From positions 7,456,066-7,520,065 of the forward strand of contig MU058213.1 in NCBI GenBank assembly GCA_013265495.1: a DNA stretch of 64,000 nucleotides, in the 5' to 3' direction. This DNA comes from Vicugna vicugna. Its lineage: Eukaryota. Below the pieces are notes generated by a model. It saw nothing but the letters and a program-made list of their open reading frames with translations. It did not search any database and was not told the DNA's origin. Position numbers and translations under genes: made by a program. Each line of letters opens with the position of its first letter. Position 1 is the stretch's first letter. Below, piece by piece: positions 1 to 13,005 of this stretch.

Positions 1-14
1 ACTGGAACGAACAT

Positions 15-170
15 GCAGACTTGGGTTTGAACTTCAGCACCACGACCGACAAGCCAGGCAATTCTCATCTCTGAGCCACATCACTAACGTGCAGCTAAGA
101 GACCCACCTACGTACCTGTTATTGTGGATAAATGACGGAACGTCCAGACCCCAGCACAGTGCCTTACACA
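15..170 (+). mobile_element. MIR SINE remnant
   Basis: cagacttgggtttgaac...ctctgagcc...ttgtggataaatga...cagcacagtgcct follows MIR consensus order; highly diverged. Confidence 0.6.
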
Positions 171-439
171 ACCATCATGTCCCCTTCCTTCTTCCTTTAA
201 AGTGTCATGCCCAGAATCAGGGCTTCACGTGTGACCTGATCAGCACAGACCTGAAGAAGGGATGGGGTTTATAAGACCTACAGCGTGTTACTAAGGTCGG
301 CTCAGGATGCTGGAAGTTGGAAGGCAAGGTGGGTGGAGGGACAGGTACAGTCTTCCTCTCTTGGCAGTGAGTTATAAAATCCTTGTTCTGCTTTGTCTGC
401 TATCATCACTCCCAAATTGACCTCTTTTGATCTCATCAG

Positions 440-492
440 TGATTGATTTAACATATTTTTATTAAGCTCCTATTATGTGCCAGGCCCTGAAT
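440..492 (-). mobile_element. L2 LINE 3' end remnant
   Basis: atttaacatatttttattaagctcctattatgtgccaggccctg is the reverse complement of the L2/MIR-type 3' tail. Confidence 0.55.
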
Positions 493-1774
493 CAAATATC
501 CAGATGAAGCTTCCAGATGTATCCAGCTTCTAGATGAGCTGGATTTAATGTAGAAAAACTTTGGATAATTGATCAAAACATTGCCTTTTCATTCTAGTCT
601 TTGATGTTCTATAGTTGGAATCTTCCTATCAGTGAAAGTATGTCAATAGGGTAGAGCTGAAAATTCTGGTGATGGATTTCCTAATGAAAATTAGTGTCGC
701 ATACAGGCAGAAATATACAGTGGTCTGGGCACCCCTAGATAGAGATTTATCATTCTGTTCATCCATCAGTCACCAGTGGAAGGATCTTTCTAGAATGCTC
801 AAGTTTCTCACCTCATCCCTGGTTCTGCATCCAGGCACGGTCACTACTTGCCAACTTCTTCCGTGTTTTCCTCTTGTGGAATTCAAGGTGAGCATGACAG
901 CAGAGAAAAAAAGACATTCACCGAGAAAAAGGTGATCTCCACTTATAAAAAACTAGTGCAGGAAACGAAAAAAGTTAGATTCACAAATGGAAGAGGAAAA
1001 ACCACTTTAGAAGAGGTTTTTTGGCCAGATATGAATGGAAGTCTTTGGCTGCATCACATGCAGATGAAGAGTGCTGGTTTGCTAAGTTTGACTGTCCTGC
1101 TTTCCTGTCAAAATTGTCACCATGTTGCAAATCGACTTGAAAAAGATAACTAGAGCCAGAGTGGAAAAGGAGAACTTGCTGCAAAGCTTGGGTAGCAGGA
1201 AATTCATCTAAACATCCACGTCTTGACTTCCTTCTAACCCAAAGTGCAGACCTCGGCAGAAAGCAGATGAGGAAGTCATTAACACATGGAAAAGGGATCT
1301 TTCCAAGGCACACCAAGACTGTGTCTTTCACTGAGGAACATCAAAAGGAATTGTACAGATATCTACCACAATAAAATAGTAAATTCTGACACAAAGCCGA
1401 GGAACTTCCCCAATAGATACAGGGCACCGTGTCATTACCAAGGCAAAGTTTGTTTGGCACCGGCTCTGGATCTGAAAGTGAATGTGGAGGTCAGAGTTCA
1501 AGGACTGACCTTTCTTGAGCTTTTTTTTTTTTTTTTAATGATCAGCAGTGTGTGTGAGGGGTGGGGGACGGAGGGGCTCTTGTAGATGATGGTTAACAAC
1601 ACAGTTAAAACTGCTCCGTTATGATTCACCGCTTTTCTCCCTTGTTTGGCTCTTTGTTTATAAATTTGTCTGTAAATCTGAAAATGGACTCAAAATTATA
1701 CAACAGCAAGGAATTATTAACTTTCTTTCATTTTATAATAATGGCTTTATGGTCACAGAGAACTCAAAAGAAAT

Positions 1775-2008
1775 GTCTACTTTGAAATACTTAGTGGTGA
1801 AATAACATGATGTCTGGGATTTTAATTCAACTTCTCTGGCAAATTTAAAAAGGGGATGTTTGTTTTTTTGGGGTGGGGGAGTAAATAAAAGAACTATGGT
1901 TCCATGTGGATGGTTGTTAACGCTGCATGATGGGTCCAGTGGAGGACTGCGTTGTCTTTCGACTCCTGAGTATGTTTGGGGATTTTTACAATAAAAGTTA
2001 AAAAAAAA
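1775..2008 (+). mobile_element. Old L1 (L1ME-like) 3' end
   Basis: atgatgtctgggattt...tggttgttaacgctgcatgatgggt...gtatgtttgggatttttacaataaaagttaaaaaaaa; polyA signal plus A tail. Confidence 0.65.
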
Positions 2009-2544
2009 TCCAATCCCAAATCAAGAGGTTTCTTTAAAAAGCACTAAAAATAGTTGACACAACAATACCGCCTTTTGCGGTGAAACACAGGGAAGAAGCG
2101 CAAAAACCCGAGAGCAATAATTAATGGCCAATCCTATGTGCATTCCATTAAGCCCAAGCAGCTGTCATAAACATCTCAATTTAAAGAGTTGGGGTTTGGG
2201 GAATCATGGCACTGCAAAGAGCTGCGTCCTGCTGCTGCTCCACAGAACTGGTACATATCAGACCCTTAAATTTTTAAACACGGCTTTCATGTTTTTGAGA
2301 GCTGAAAAACCTTTGAAAAGTCAGCTTGTTAGGAAATTCACCTTGCAGACTCCTGCTTCAAGGATTGGCTGAGGTGCTTGGGTACTGGCAGAACTGATTT
2401 AGGGGTGTGGGGGATGTCGCAGGTCAAACAGATGTGTTGTGTGCTTAGAAGGGAGCAGCGAGATGCTTCTGAACGTATGAGGCATAGCTGTGTTGCCGAA
2501 TGCAAGAGAGACCACCTTGCTGGAGAGATGTTTGGTCTGCAAAG

Positions 2545-2566
2545 CCCCCGCCCCCACCCCGCCCCC
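2545..2566 (-). promoter_or_regulatory. GC/CACCC-box tract, potential G-quadruplex on minus strand
   Basis: cccccgcccccaccccgccccc: four C runs of 4-5 nt with 1-nt loops; SP/KLF-type motifs. Confidence 0.45.
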
Positions 2567-5500
2567 AATTGCTGCCTTTATTCTTCCCTCTCCCAGTCTC
2601 TGTGAAAGAAAATGGACAGAGGCAGCATTATGAAGGGAGGGATATGTGCTAACCCAGAAGCAGGAGCCCCTCATTCACTCCCCTCTTGCCTTGTGCTGTG
2701 AACTTTAGGCAATGACCTTGCCTCGGTGCCTCCTCTGGGACATGGGAACAACATCTCACATCCATGATCTCTCGGATGCCTTCCAGCCCCGAGACAACTG
2801 AGTGGGTGGGCTACCTGTATGACAGCTAGTCTGACGTCCTCCCCACCACAACTGCCCACATCGCCCTCCCCTAGAGCCAGATGGCAAACAAGAGCCCTAT
2901 TTGGCTTGCAAAGTTTCAAGTGAACAGAGAGGTAGAGAAGATAGTCAACGCAATCTAAATCAACAGTTGAAAAATCCCGATGCCCCAGTCCAAAACATCT
3001 GGAAGGGCCCAGTCACCTTTCTTAGTAGCCAATTAAACAATTTCACCTTCGTGTCTGCATTTTTGCTTAAATAAGTGACTGCGTTGGGATTCTCTGTATT
3101 GATGGTTCCCCATCAACTTTAGAGCACCTGTGTGCCAGGTGAGCCTGACAGGGAATGAAGCTTGCTGGCAGCCCAGAGCAAGGCCTCCTATTAATTTCTT
3201 GAATCGATCCTGGCAATATTATTACCGGGTCCAGGAAAGAATAGCTCTTTACTCATAGCATCAGATTTGAATTTTTTTTTTTTAAACAACACTCTTGCCC
3301 GTAAGAATGACTAATAACCGTCGGCTGTAATTTCCCAGAGTTTGTGGGTATGACTTCTACAGTGTTCCTCGCGTCTGAATTAGCCTTATTTCGTCTGGGG
3401 GATGCTAAGGCTTTCAAACACAGTTTAACCAAAACCCCCGACAGGCTCTCAGTTCAGCCAGGAGAACTTCGTGGTACTTTTGAACTCACTGCCTCCCACC
3501 CCCACACCCGAGAGTCTCCCTGGACGCTGCCTTTCCTGTATCACGCAGCATCAATCACACAAGCAGAGAAACGCAGAAACCTCGGTTCTCAACTGCAATC
3601 AATACAACCACCTTTCCTGGGGGTAGCGCTGCGTTAGCGTGAAGGTCACGGAATGAGTCAGGGGCAGAAGAGAGATAAAAAGAGGCCATGGGTTCTTTGA
3701 CTCCGTGTCTCAGAGAGATCAGCCTGTACAGAGAAATAACCTCATTAAGATGGGCTAATTGCCGGGGAGCAGACAGTCCAAATGAACAAAAATTCTGAAT
3801 GATCAAAATACTGTTGTGTTATTTTATATGCAGTCTCAAGAGCGAGACAGATAAATTAGCCTAGTGTAAGTTCTGATTCACAAACAGATAAGAGGAAATT
3901 GAAACCACAATAGACAAGCACTTCTCGGAGGAGAGAGGGGCTCTGTTTCCATTGTAATAATACTCTTATTTATGTATTCTGACATACATTATGTAAGTAA
4001 TATTTATTTACTCATACAAACCAGATTGGTTGAGTACCACGATGTGCAATTCATAGTATGAAGTGTCATGGGGAAGGCAGATGTGGGAATCTTCGAAGAA
4101 CTTAGCAGAAAGCTGTTTCTTAAGTGCTCATAAACAACTTGCTTGTCTAGTAGGAAAAAGTCATCGCTGGATACTTTATATACAGGGCTTTTAAAACAAA
4201 CCAAGTATAGAAAACATTTATATATGAAGTACTTCTAAAACAGATGAATCTGGGCTAGGTCTTCTACATAAAAAGACAAAGTCCTTTGCAGTTTGAGCAA
4301 AGATTATTTCTGCAAAGGGACATCTCCGTGAGAAATGACTGATCACTCAACAGAGGCTCACTCTCTGGTGGTCTCTATAGGCTGGCGATTGATTTTACTG
4401 AAGAATTCACTATGGAAGGTAGACAACCACCTCTTTAGAAACACATGAACTGTTTAAATAAACTAGACCTCCATTCATTTGTGTAGCAAGTTACTTGGTT
4501 ATGGATTTAGCCCCGCCAGAGTCTACAGGCTCACACTTGGCGACATTATACCAATCCCTTTTCTACTGAAAACCTATTACAGAAATAACTATTTACTCTT
4601 GACCTTTTTCCTCTGGATTCCATTCTCTCTCCCTTTCAGTTTACCAAATACTATTTATTTTCCTAAGTTCTGAACTCCAAGAAAACGTCTATGTTGTCAA
4701 CATAATATACATCATTAACATAAATGCATGAAATTATCTACAGATCATTAAAGAGCTGAGCTTATGATGCAATTAGCAAACTGAAGTGGAAGTGAACTTA
4801 CAGAGATAACCTAGCAAACCAAGGTACAGCCAGTAAGTAGCTCCATCACCCACCGCACTATTTCTTAGAACTTTTATCTTTACTTATATACAAACAAACC
4901 AAGTGTTTCTATTCCGCCTTATTCTCTGAACTTGTGACTCTGCTTAACCTGGAGGGGACCTGGGTACTCACATGCAAGAAGCTGACGGCACCAGAAGAAA
5001 GCTGCCTTCTGAGGACTCAGAGCTCCTGGCTCATTCTTACTGCTCTTGTCACCTGTCTGACCTCCTGGACTCTGGGCCCTGCCCACCTAGGGCATCACCT
5101 CCCCTCCCTCCTCTGTGGTTCAGTGGACTTCCCTGGCGTCACTTCCTTGTTGGCCTGGACCTGTGCTATTGGTCAGATCGTTCAAGCAAGGCTGGACTCT
5201 GGTCCTTCCTGGGCAGGCTTGTCCTGCAGGCATCCCAGAAGAATACGGGAAAGGAGGACCACACCCTTGACTGATGCAGCCCTTGTCCTGCGTCAATGAT
5301 TTCCAACATCAGGCACCAGGGTCCTCCTTCCCATTCCTCGCCCTTCTCTCTCCAAGCTTCACAAACAACAAGGACATTTCCCAGAGAGGTAACCAGGGTA
5401 CAGTGACACAGGGAGCCCTGGAATTCTGCCTGTGAACATACGACCACAGAATACTGAGTTTAATGTCTCACCAGATCTTTGCAAAGATGGGACAAGATGA

Positions 5501-5890
5501 GTTTGAAAGAAGCTCTGGGTTTTCTGGATTACCTGTCCTCGGGCTGCTGAGATCTTTAAGGGTGTGGAGATAATGGAACGTCTCTTTTTTCAATAATCGT
5601 ATTATAATGAATCATAGCAGTTTTCTTAGGATACAGAACTCCTCCTTACCCAAGGAAGGAAGTCAAGTAAGATAACTTGTCAGTACTAGATTTTATTTAA
5701 AAAATTCCTAACAATTATGCAGAAATAAATGGCTTAGAATGTGGAGGTCTACCTCAGTAAGAGGAGATACCTACCCTTGCTTTAGATGAGTAAGAAGTTG
5801 AAGGGCTGGCTGAACAGAGGGTAAAATAAAGACCACTTGTTACCTCCAGACTGGCTGAGATGGACAAATGTGACCTTATCAAACCATTTG

Positions 5891-5912
5891 CACACACACA
5901 CACACACACACA
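5891..5912. repeat. (CA)n microsatellite
   Basis: direct reading. Confidence 0.95.
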
Positions 5913-6684
5913 AATGGACATTTTCTTTGAAAAGGTAAAAGCAAAGGAGAAGGTAAGTTGGACTGCTTGAGCAGTTAATCGGTCAAATAATCAGCAAGAT
6001 GACTTGAAATGATTAGAACTCCCCTTAGTAAAAGAGATGGCAGATTCTAAATAAGTAATTCTTCCTGGAGATGTTCACACCCAGAACAAACACGTCATAA
6101 AGTCCTGAGAGGTTACCAGGGTCAGAGTCATGGCTCAAGTCAAGACTATAACCAGCTCCATCCATGCATTCATCATCCATGCAGGAGTGCATCCATCCAT
6201 TCCCAGATCAAATCAAGAAGCTAACTATGGGCAAGATCGCATGCTTGAAGACTGGGGGCTACCAGAAGGACCAAGGCAAGCTCTCCGTCCTCAAGGAGGA
6301 GTACGCACAGATGTGTGGGGCTCTCCTCTGCCACACCAGAGCCCAGATGGGTCTATCGGTATAACACAAGCACAATGAACTCTGGAGCCCTTGGCCTTGT
6401 CTCAGAGAGGCTACGTACTCAGGTAAAGGTGTTAATTCTCTTAGGACTTAGCAAACATACCAGATCTGACAGCATGCCACCCGGATACTTCACCTCTAGC
6501 TTCATTTTATGATTCCACCTGTGTTTTCTTTCCACCTTGATTTATTCACTGAATTTTTATTTCGTGTACTGTATGTATTATTTTAAGCCACCTCAAATCC
6601 TCTTGGGAAATAAAGAGGTCTAAATTCTTAAGAAAGAAAGAAAGGAAGGAAAAAATGCAGCTACCCTACTAGGTCACGTAAGAA

Positions 6685-6915
6685 CAATAACAAAGATGTT
6701 AATTTTCATTATTACAGGTAACTTTCATTGAGGACTTGATGTGTCATGCACTTCACAATTATTGTCTCATCTTTTTCTTCACTGTAATCACGTGAGACTG
6801 TCATGCTTACTGCTTCTATTTCACAGACGAGGACAATGAAGCACTGAGAGATGATGTAATGTGTGAGGAGGCAGTGGGCCCAGCACTTGAACCCGCGCAC
6901 TCTGCTTGTGATTTC
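6685..6915 (-). mobile_element. MIR SINE
   Basis: tctatttcacagacgagga...gaagcactgagagatga...cttgaacccg resembles the reverse MIR core. Confidence 0.65.
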
Positions 6916-8149
6916 TCCAGGTGCTCAAGCTCTCCAGGTCTCCTTAAAGGACAGAAGCCCTTTGCTTACTGGTCTGACTCACTCTACTGTCTGACTTTAG
7001 GACTCCTATGTTGGGCCCTACCTAGGTTTGAGGGCCTTTTTTGGGAAACTGGACTCATCTTCCCTGTGACCCCTCCCTGCCCTTGTGGCTGGGTCAGTGG
7101 GAGGCTTCCACATCTGAGCACCTGTATCTCTGGAAGGTGAGCTCCTTAAGAACACAGGCTGTGTCCTCCTTACTTTCAAGAGGGTCACTGCCTGGTAGCA
7201 CACACAAGCCACAGCAGATATGTAATCAGGGCTGGTGTGGGTTGCCTGAGCCAACGAGGGCTCCATCACTTTCCCGCGAACACTGGGTAGCCCTCCTCAA
7301 GAGAAACGTCCAGGTCCCGGCTCCCTCCTCCCCGCCCTGGTCCCTTCATGGAGGCTCTGCGGCTTCACCTACTTGCGTTTGGAGAGTTCTACCTGTCTAG
7401 GCGCTGCTCCTAAAATCAAACTGCTACTCATCTGGGAGTGGTAAAGCACAGGCATCTAGGTTTTACCAAACACAGAGCAGCACATTTTGCAAGGAGAAAA
7501 GGTCTTCTTGATTAGTGATGATACAACTGACTTGATTTCAGTCTAACTCGGTATATTCAAAGGTGCCATATTAAAAATTGGAATGGGTACTTTAAATTAT
7601 GAGTTTAAGGGTTTCAATGTCTTCTCCCCCTCCCCCCAATTCTCCTTAAAGCAACGCCACCACCATCGAAGCCTTCCTTTGGCTCTGACGTGGTCTTTCC
7701 CGTCCTTCATCTCTTATGCTTTTATGTCCTGAGCTATTTACTTGACAAATAATCACGTTTTACTGAGAGACATACACTTGACTTAACTCTTGCACAGTTA
7801 ATTCGTGGCACCCATGTTTCTGTCTCCTGTGGGAATTTCTTGACAAGAGACCACTGTGACTTGTGTCTCTTCAGAGAATTGACTCACTCAAAAGTACTGA
7901 TTCTGTGGTGGTTTGGGAAAGCCCAGGGAATATCATGAAAAGTTATGTTCCTCAAATAAACTGAAGAGAAGTGTCCTCCACCACTGGGTATTCGTAACTG
8001 AAGAGGAGGGAGGTTCTACAGAGCACAGAGTACAGCGCAGTCTCCAGGCAGAAGCGGAGAAGTTCTGGTCAGATATGAACGGCAAGAAAGGCAGAAGGTA
8101 AGGGTGGTGTTGGGTGGGGGTGAATGATGAGGGGGCGGTTGATGCTCAA

Positions 8150-8375
8150 TATTGATTGAATGACCGCGTAAGCTAGGCGCTGGGCTGAATGTTTTATACA
8201 CTTGATTGCATTTAATAATCACAACCCTCAGATGCTGACATATGTCCCTTTCCTTCTACCTATGATTACCGTGAGATTCAGAGAACTTGAGTACCTTAGC
8301 CAAGGTCACACAGCTAGTAGGGGGTGGGGGTGGGGAACGAGTCTAGGTTTTTCTAACTCCAAAATTATACTTTTT
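8150..8375 (-). mobile_element. MIR SINE
   Basis: catttaataatcacaaccct...gagattcagagaa...ccaaggtcacacagctagtag. Confidence 0.7.
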
Positions 8376-8599
8376 CCTTTATACTGCTTCCCAGAGTCAC
8401 CTTCATCTGAAAAGCACGCACCAGCTAGAATCCTCCCTCTGGCTCAGATTGTAGGAAATAAAGGTTAATAAGGGGCCTAGCTGGCAAGGCCAATAAATGA
8501 ATGAGTTCAGGACCAATAGGGAAGTGAGTTGAAATGTCTAAGTCCCTGGTTGTATTAGGACCACAAAAACAAAGAAAGAAAATAGTTCTAAACAGGTCA

Positions 8600-9310
8600 C
8601 CCATGGCCCGCTTTGCGCACCTACTGTGTGCGAAGTCAGTTTGCAGCAGCGCAGAGCCGAGCAGAATCCGGACAAAGTCACAGTACCCAGCGGCACACTT
8701 GCAGGGAGGCCAGCTGAGTCGACGGTCTCCCTTTGCCTTGCATTTCTGCTTGAAAGTCAGCATCCAATTCGGTCTCGAAAGACCAAGCCCAGGCCGTCCC
8801 CAGCCTCGCCTCCCTCCCTCGGGGATGCAGCCGCGCCAGGTGTCCGGGGCTGCGGGTGCGCGGGTGCGCGGGCAGCGCAACCAGACTGCAGGCAAGCAGG
8901 GGGTTAATAGCTCATAAAATAAAACCCTCTACCACAAAAATGTTATTTTAATTGTATTACATTGAGGAGCCCTGAGGGTCGTGGGGTAGATAATCAAAAA
9001 GGACAAGGAGGAAATTAAAAAAGGGAAGAAGGCAATCAAAAAGGCCATTTAGGAGAGCCCCTTAATCCTCCATAGAAAGAACACTAATTATACTCCAGAA
9101 TCTCCTTATAATTAACCCTGATATAAAGTGTTTTTCTGAGCGGTAATAACTTTCACATTCACAACCGTTTTGATCGCAAACTCGGGTGAACGCTTCACAA
9201 ACAGCCCACGCAGGTGGACGGGACCGCGCGTTTCCTCCTCGGCGAGCCGCACGGTCGCGCGTCCGCAGCCAGAAAGAAATACTTCTGCCCTCAGCTAACT
9301 CCCCTGCTCC
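8600..9310. promoter_or_regulatory. CpG-island-like region, candidate promoter or alternative first exon
   Basis: Two CpG-dense blocks (~8606-8890 and ~9140-9310, e.g. gcgggtgcgcgggtgcgcggg, gcacggtcgcgcgtccgc) around an AT/TAAT-rich spacer; no repeats recognised. Confidence 0.6.
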
Positions 9311-9395
9311 GCTGAACTCAGCCCATTGCTTTTTCTTTCTTTCTTTCTTTCTTTTTTTTTTTTTTTTGGCAGGAGGAGCCCCAAATGCAACCAAA

Positions 9396-9494
9396 NNNNN
9401 NNNNNNNNNNNNNNNNNNNNNNNNNNNNNNNNNNNNNNNNNNNNNNNNNNNNNNNNNNNNNNNNNNNNNNNNNNNNNNNNNNNNNNNNNNNNNN
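9396..9494. other. Assembly gap (99 N)
   Basis: Run of N; both flanks carry near-identical sequence. Confidence 0.99.
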
Positions 9495-10964
9495 TTTTTT
9501 TTTTTTTTTGGCAGGAGTAGCCCAAAATGCAACCAAACTTGTGCCTGCGTTCCGACCCTTCCTTGTAATTGCTTCCCTGCGCTCATTGCAGCCTTCACTA
9601 TGGCTTGGACTCCCCATCGGTGGTTGCAAAGCCACCGAATTCCCAGCATACCTTCCTTAGCTAACAGACCCTGCCTGGATTTACCTCGACTCTTAGGCCA
9701 CTGGGCACACATCGCTGTAATCGTTCTTAACGTTTCCAGACAAAAGCAAGGATTCAGACAGACTGCCCAAATCCCATCCAAAGCAAGAGCCTTACATTCC
9801 TCACCCTGACAGCCGATCCCTTATGGACGGAAGCTCCCAAAGGTCAACAAGAATAGTTCACCAGCCAAACAGAGCAGGGAACGCCTGCAGACAGCTCTAC
9901 CTACGCTTCAGGTGTGTGGGGTCTCCTAGGGAAGAAAGATGCAAAAGAAAGGCAGCTCGGACCAGCGCTGTGAAGAACGGCCTGGAATAGGCTGTTTGGG
10001 CTTTTTTTTCTTCTTTTAATGGTGTGAAAATGAAAAGAATCTGTCCTTGTCCTCACATGAACTGGCCAGTGCTCTTATCCCGCCCAGTAAGAGAAGGAGC
10101 AAGATCTCAGATCCCATGAGATCCCCGGGGAGATGGTTTCAATGGGGCGCCTGGCTGCCAAGTGAAACCCTAGGAGCGGTTCACAGGGCTTCTGACATTC
10201 ACAGCACCCGGAAGGTATCCATCCCCTCTTTGAATGTGCTCCCGGGCCTGGCTCCCCCTCCTCCCTACAGATACACAGCAAACATTTTGAAAGTTCTGCT
10301 TGCTTACAATGGGCTGCCTCCCCACTTTAACCAGAGATCAGGAAGCCAAGGTCTGTGGAACACTGAGCCCAGTGTTTTTTCCTCTGTATCAAGAGAATCC
10401 ATGCCAAAGGAATTTTTCCATTTTTTCCTTGCATGCTGTTGGAACTAAAAGCTTACATCTACTTCCCATCTGGGTGATTCACTCTTTATGTAGAATTTAA
10501 CAAGATATGAAGATGCTTCCTTTTTTGTTTGTTTTGTTTTTTAAACCAGGATCCATAACTGAGAGACAGGCGTTCTCTTACCATTCATTAATATTGATTA
10601 ATGATCTCCAGTATGCCCACTGCCCTTGGACCTGGGCAATAGGGAATAGGGATTATATTGCCCTAGCTTGTGTCGGGACTACGTTGCTCCTATGTGATCA
10701 TATATTTGGTTGAGCAGCAAGTTATAGCTTGTTAATACAGACAAATATAGGATGTTAGTTCATTTGCACTTTAAAATAACACTACTAAATAAGTCATTCT
10801 ACTCATCCAAAACACACATAAAGACACACAATTCACTTACGTAGGTGAACAGGCAGATTAGAAATGAAGGCTAGATTGTGAGTCTTCCACTGTAATATTG
10901 GCAAGTACGATGCACAGACAAGTATAAATATACTAAAGAAAATTAAAAAGATCTGACATCCTTG

Positions 10965-11150
10965 CTCCGTTCATTACTTCAACAAGTGCATGCTGAGGGC
11001 CACTCATTTCTCAATACCTAAAGACAAGGCAGGCAAACATCCTGGCTTCAGAAAGCTTAGAGAGTGATGGAGGGGGCAGGGCTGATTCACATTTACATAG
11101 AATTACACTGCAAGCCAGAGTGTGAAAAGTACCATCAGAGAGGTACAGAT
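10965..11150 (-). mobile_element. L2 LINE remnant
   Basis: cattacttcaacaagtgcatgctgag...cctggcttcagaaagcttagag...aagtaccatcagagagg resembles the reverse L2 3' region. Confidence 0.5.
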
Positions 11151-11679
11151 GGAAAAGAATTATAAAAGGATGAAGTTGTATGTAAACATAAGATACTATT
11201 TATCTCATCCGACAAAGGGTCTCTTCTTAAATGACCCCATTTGAACAGAAAGTGACACTCCAGGGTCTCCACAGACAGGACATTTACAACTTTCTCTGCG
11301 GGGCGGTATTGATTCTATGTTTAATTAATATTAGCAGCAGGAGTTGGAAGCCAATAGGAAGAGCTGAAGCTGGTACTTATCTTTACCTCCCATCTTGTAG
11401 GGTCCCTGGCTTTGCGATGCAGTTTCCCACTCTGGCCTCCCTCCCAGACTCCCCCTCCCCACCCCATACTCTGGATTCCTCCCATCTCTGTTCAGGTTCA
11501 TCAAAACCTCATCACTAAAGAGTCTCATGAATGCCAATGAAAAGGACAACACATTAAGTGGAAAGGCTCAATCTCTTAGTCACTTTCCCTATTCCAGCCT
11601 CCAACAATATATATTTTAACAAGGTCTTCTGGGGATGCGTCCTGAACCAAAAGGGAACTCTGTATTAGGAGAGTTGGAG

Positions 11680-11830
11680 AGAGGAGAGTCAGGAGTCTTG
11701 GGTTCAAGTCCTACATGAGTCACTCACTATAGGAACCCGGACAAACCCCTTTACTTATCTGAGCCTCCTTTTCCTTCATTGCTAAAATTCAACAGTAGCC
11801 GAATCACGATGTTATATGCAACATGTAATA
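11680..11830 (+). mobile_element. MIR SINE
   Basis: gagtcaggagtcttgggttcaagtcct...ctgagcctccttttcc. Confidence 0.65.
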
Positions 11831-12714
11831 CAAAGCTCTCATGAATTATCTGAATACATTTAAAGGGAAAGCGGGGGGGACTTTGGTCACATGCAGGGAA
11901 TCTTTTCAACAGGAACCTTGTCTACAGTACCTTGACTAGGTTTGTCCTACTGTGCCAGCAAATGGCACTGAATCCAGTTGAACTGTAATAATTTAATGCC
12001 TTCATTTTTCACTTGTTCCCAAAACTATGCATTTGATCCAACCTGCACTTTATATAGTCAGGACTAGGTCTAATAATATTTTCTACCTAATCTCTCACTT
12101 TTCTGCTTTAAGGCTAGTTGCTGACAACAGATTTAGCTTCAACAGTAGAAAACTGCCAGGTTTCCTCTTTCCCGCTTCCATCTCTGGCGGGGAGCGACAG
12201 CAGCAGCACTGAATCAAAGTGGCCCTTGTTGTGACCTGTCACTCTTTACATCTATCTCCTGTTGTACTAAAATAAACCACAAACAAGAGTAAATAGTGTT
12301 TGCGAAGTGATTTTTTTTTAAAAGTCGACCTTGATATCATTTAAAAATAGTCAGCAGTTTCCCATGAGGCTCCCAGCATCTTGTCTTCCTTCAGGTGTTC
12401 AGAGGGGAGAGCCTGAAGTGGGAAATGCTGGAAGGTGCTGTTCACTACAAAGGAAGATGGCTTTCCGCCCCCACTTCATCTGTGTGTGTCCAGGACCCTG
12501 GGAGATGATTGTCAACAGCTGGAAACTTAAAGGTTATCAAGAACAATAGGAAAGGCCATTCTTCTCACATCTGGTCCAATAGCCTGAACTTTTATGGCCT
12601 GATTTCTTTTGCTGTTCTCTTCCAATTAATTTCAACCATTCATTCTTTAAATCTAGAACTAATGCATGCTGGCTGTAAAAAGCTGAAAAATACAGTCAGA
12701 TGTGAACTAAAAAA

Positions 12715-13005
12715 TCAAAAGACCCCATTTACTTCCCCCACCTTCCCTAACTCCTCTCTTTTCTTCTAAGGTAAAAGATTTTAATATAACTTCTTCTAGG
12801 CTACCTTATACGCTTCAAATACAGACTTATAATATGTGTATAGATATGTGTATGTTTGTGTTCATTTATATATTTCTTTTCACATTGTTCTGTGATTATT
12901 TTGTTTTACTTAATAATATATCATGGATTGGTTTCCAAGTCAGTATATCTGTGTTTGCATCATTCTTTCCAACTGCTGTACAGTATTACTTAGAATAAAT
13001 GGAAA
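12715..13005 (-). mobile_element. Old L1 (L1ME-like) fragment
   Basis: ttttacttaataatatatcatgga...tttccaagtcagtatat...cattctttccaactgctgtacagtatt is typical reverse L1M 3' sequence. Confidence 0.55.

Noticed and set aside
33..54. REST/RE1 site (TTCAGCACCACG)
   Set aside because: Only the left half matches; the GGACAG half is absent and the site lies within a MIR remnant
498..545. Short tccagatg repeats and an atccagct/agctggat inverted pair
   Set aside because: An 8-bp stem is expected by chance in 64 kb
6205..6425. + strand exon-like segment (DQIKKLTMGKIACLKTGGYQKDQGKLSVLKEEY)
   Set aside because: Weak acceptor, in-frame stop before a plausible donor, no recognisable homology
9062..9809. 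Longest ORFs (239 aa and 207 aa)
   Set aside because: Their length depends on reading through the N gap and duplicated flanks
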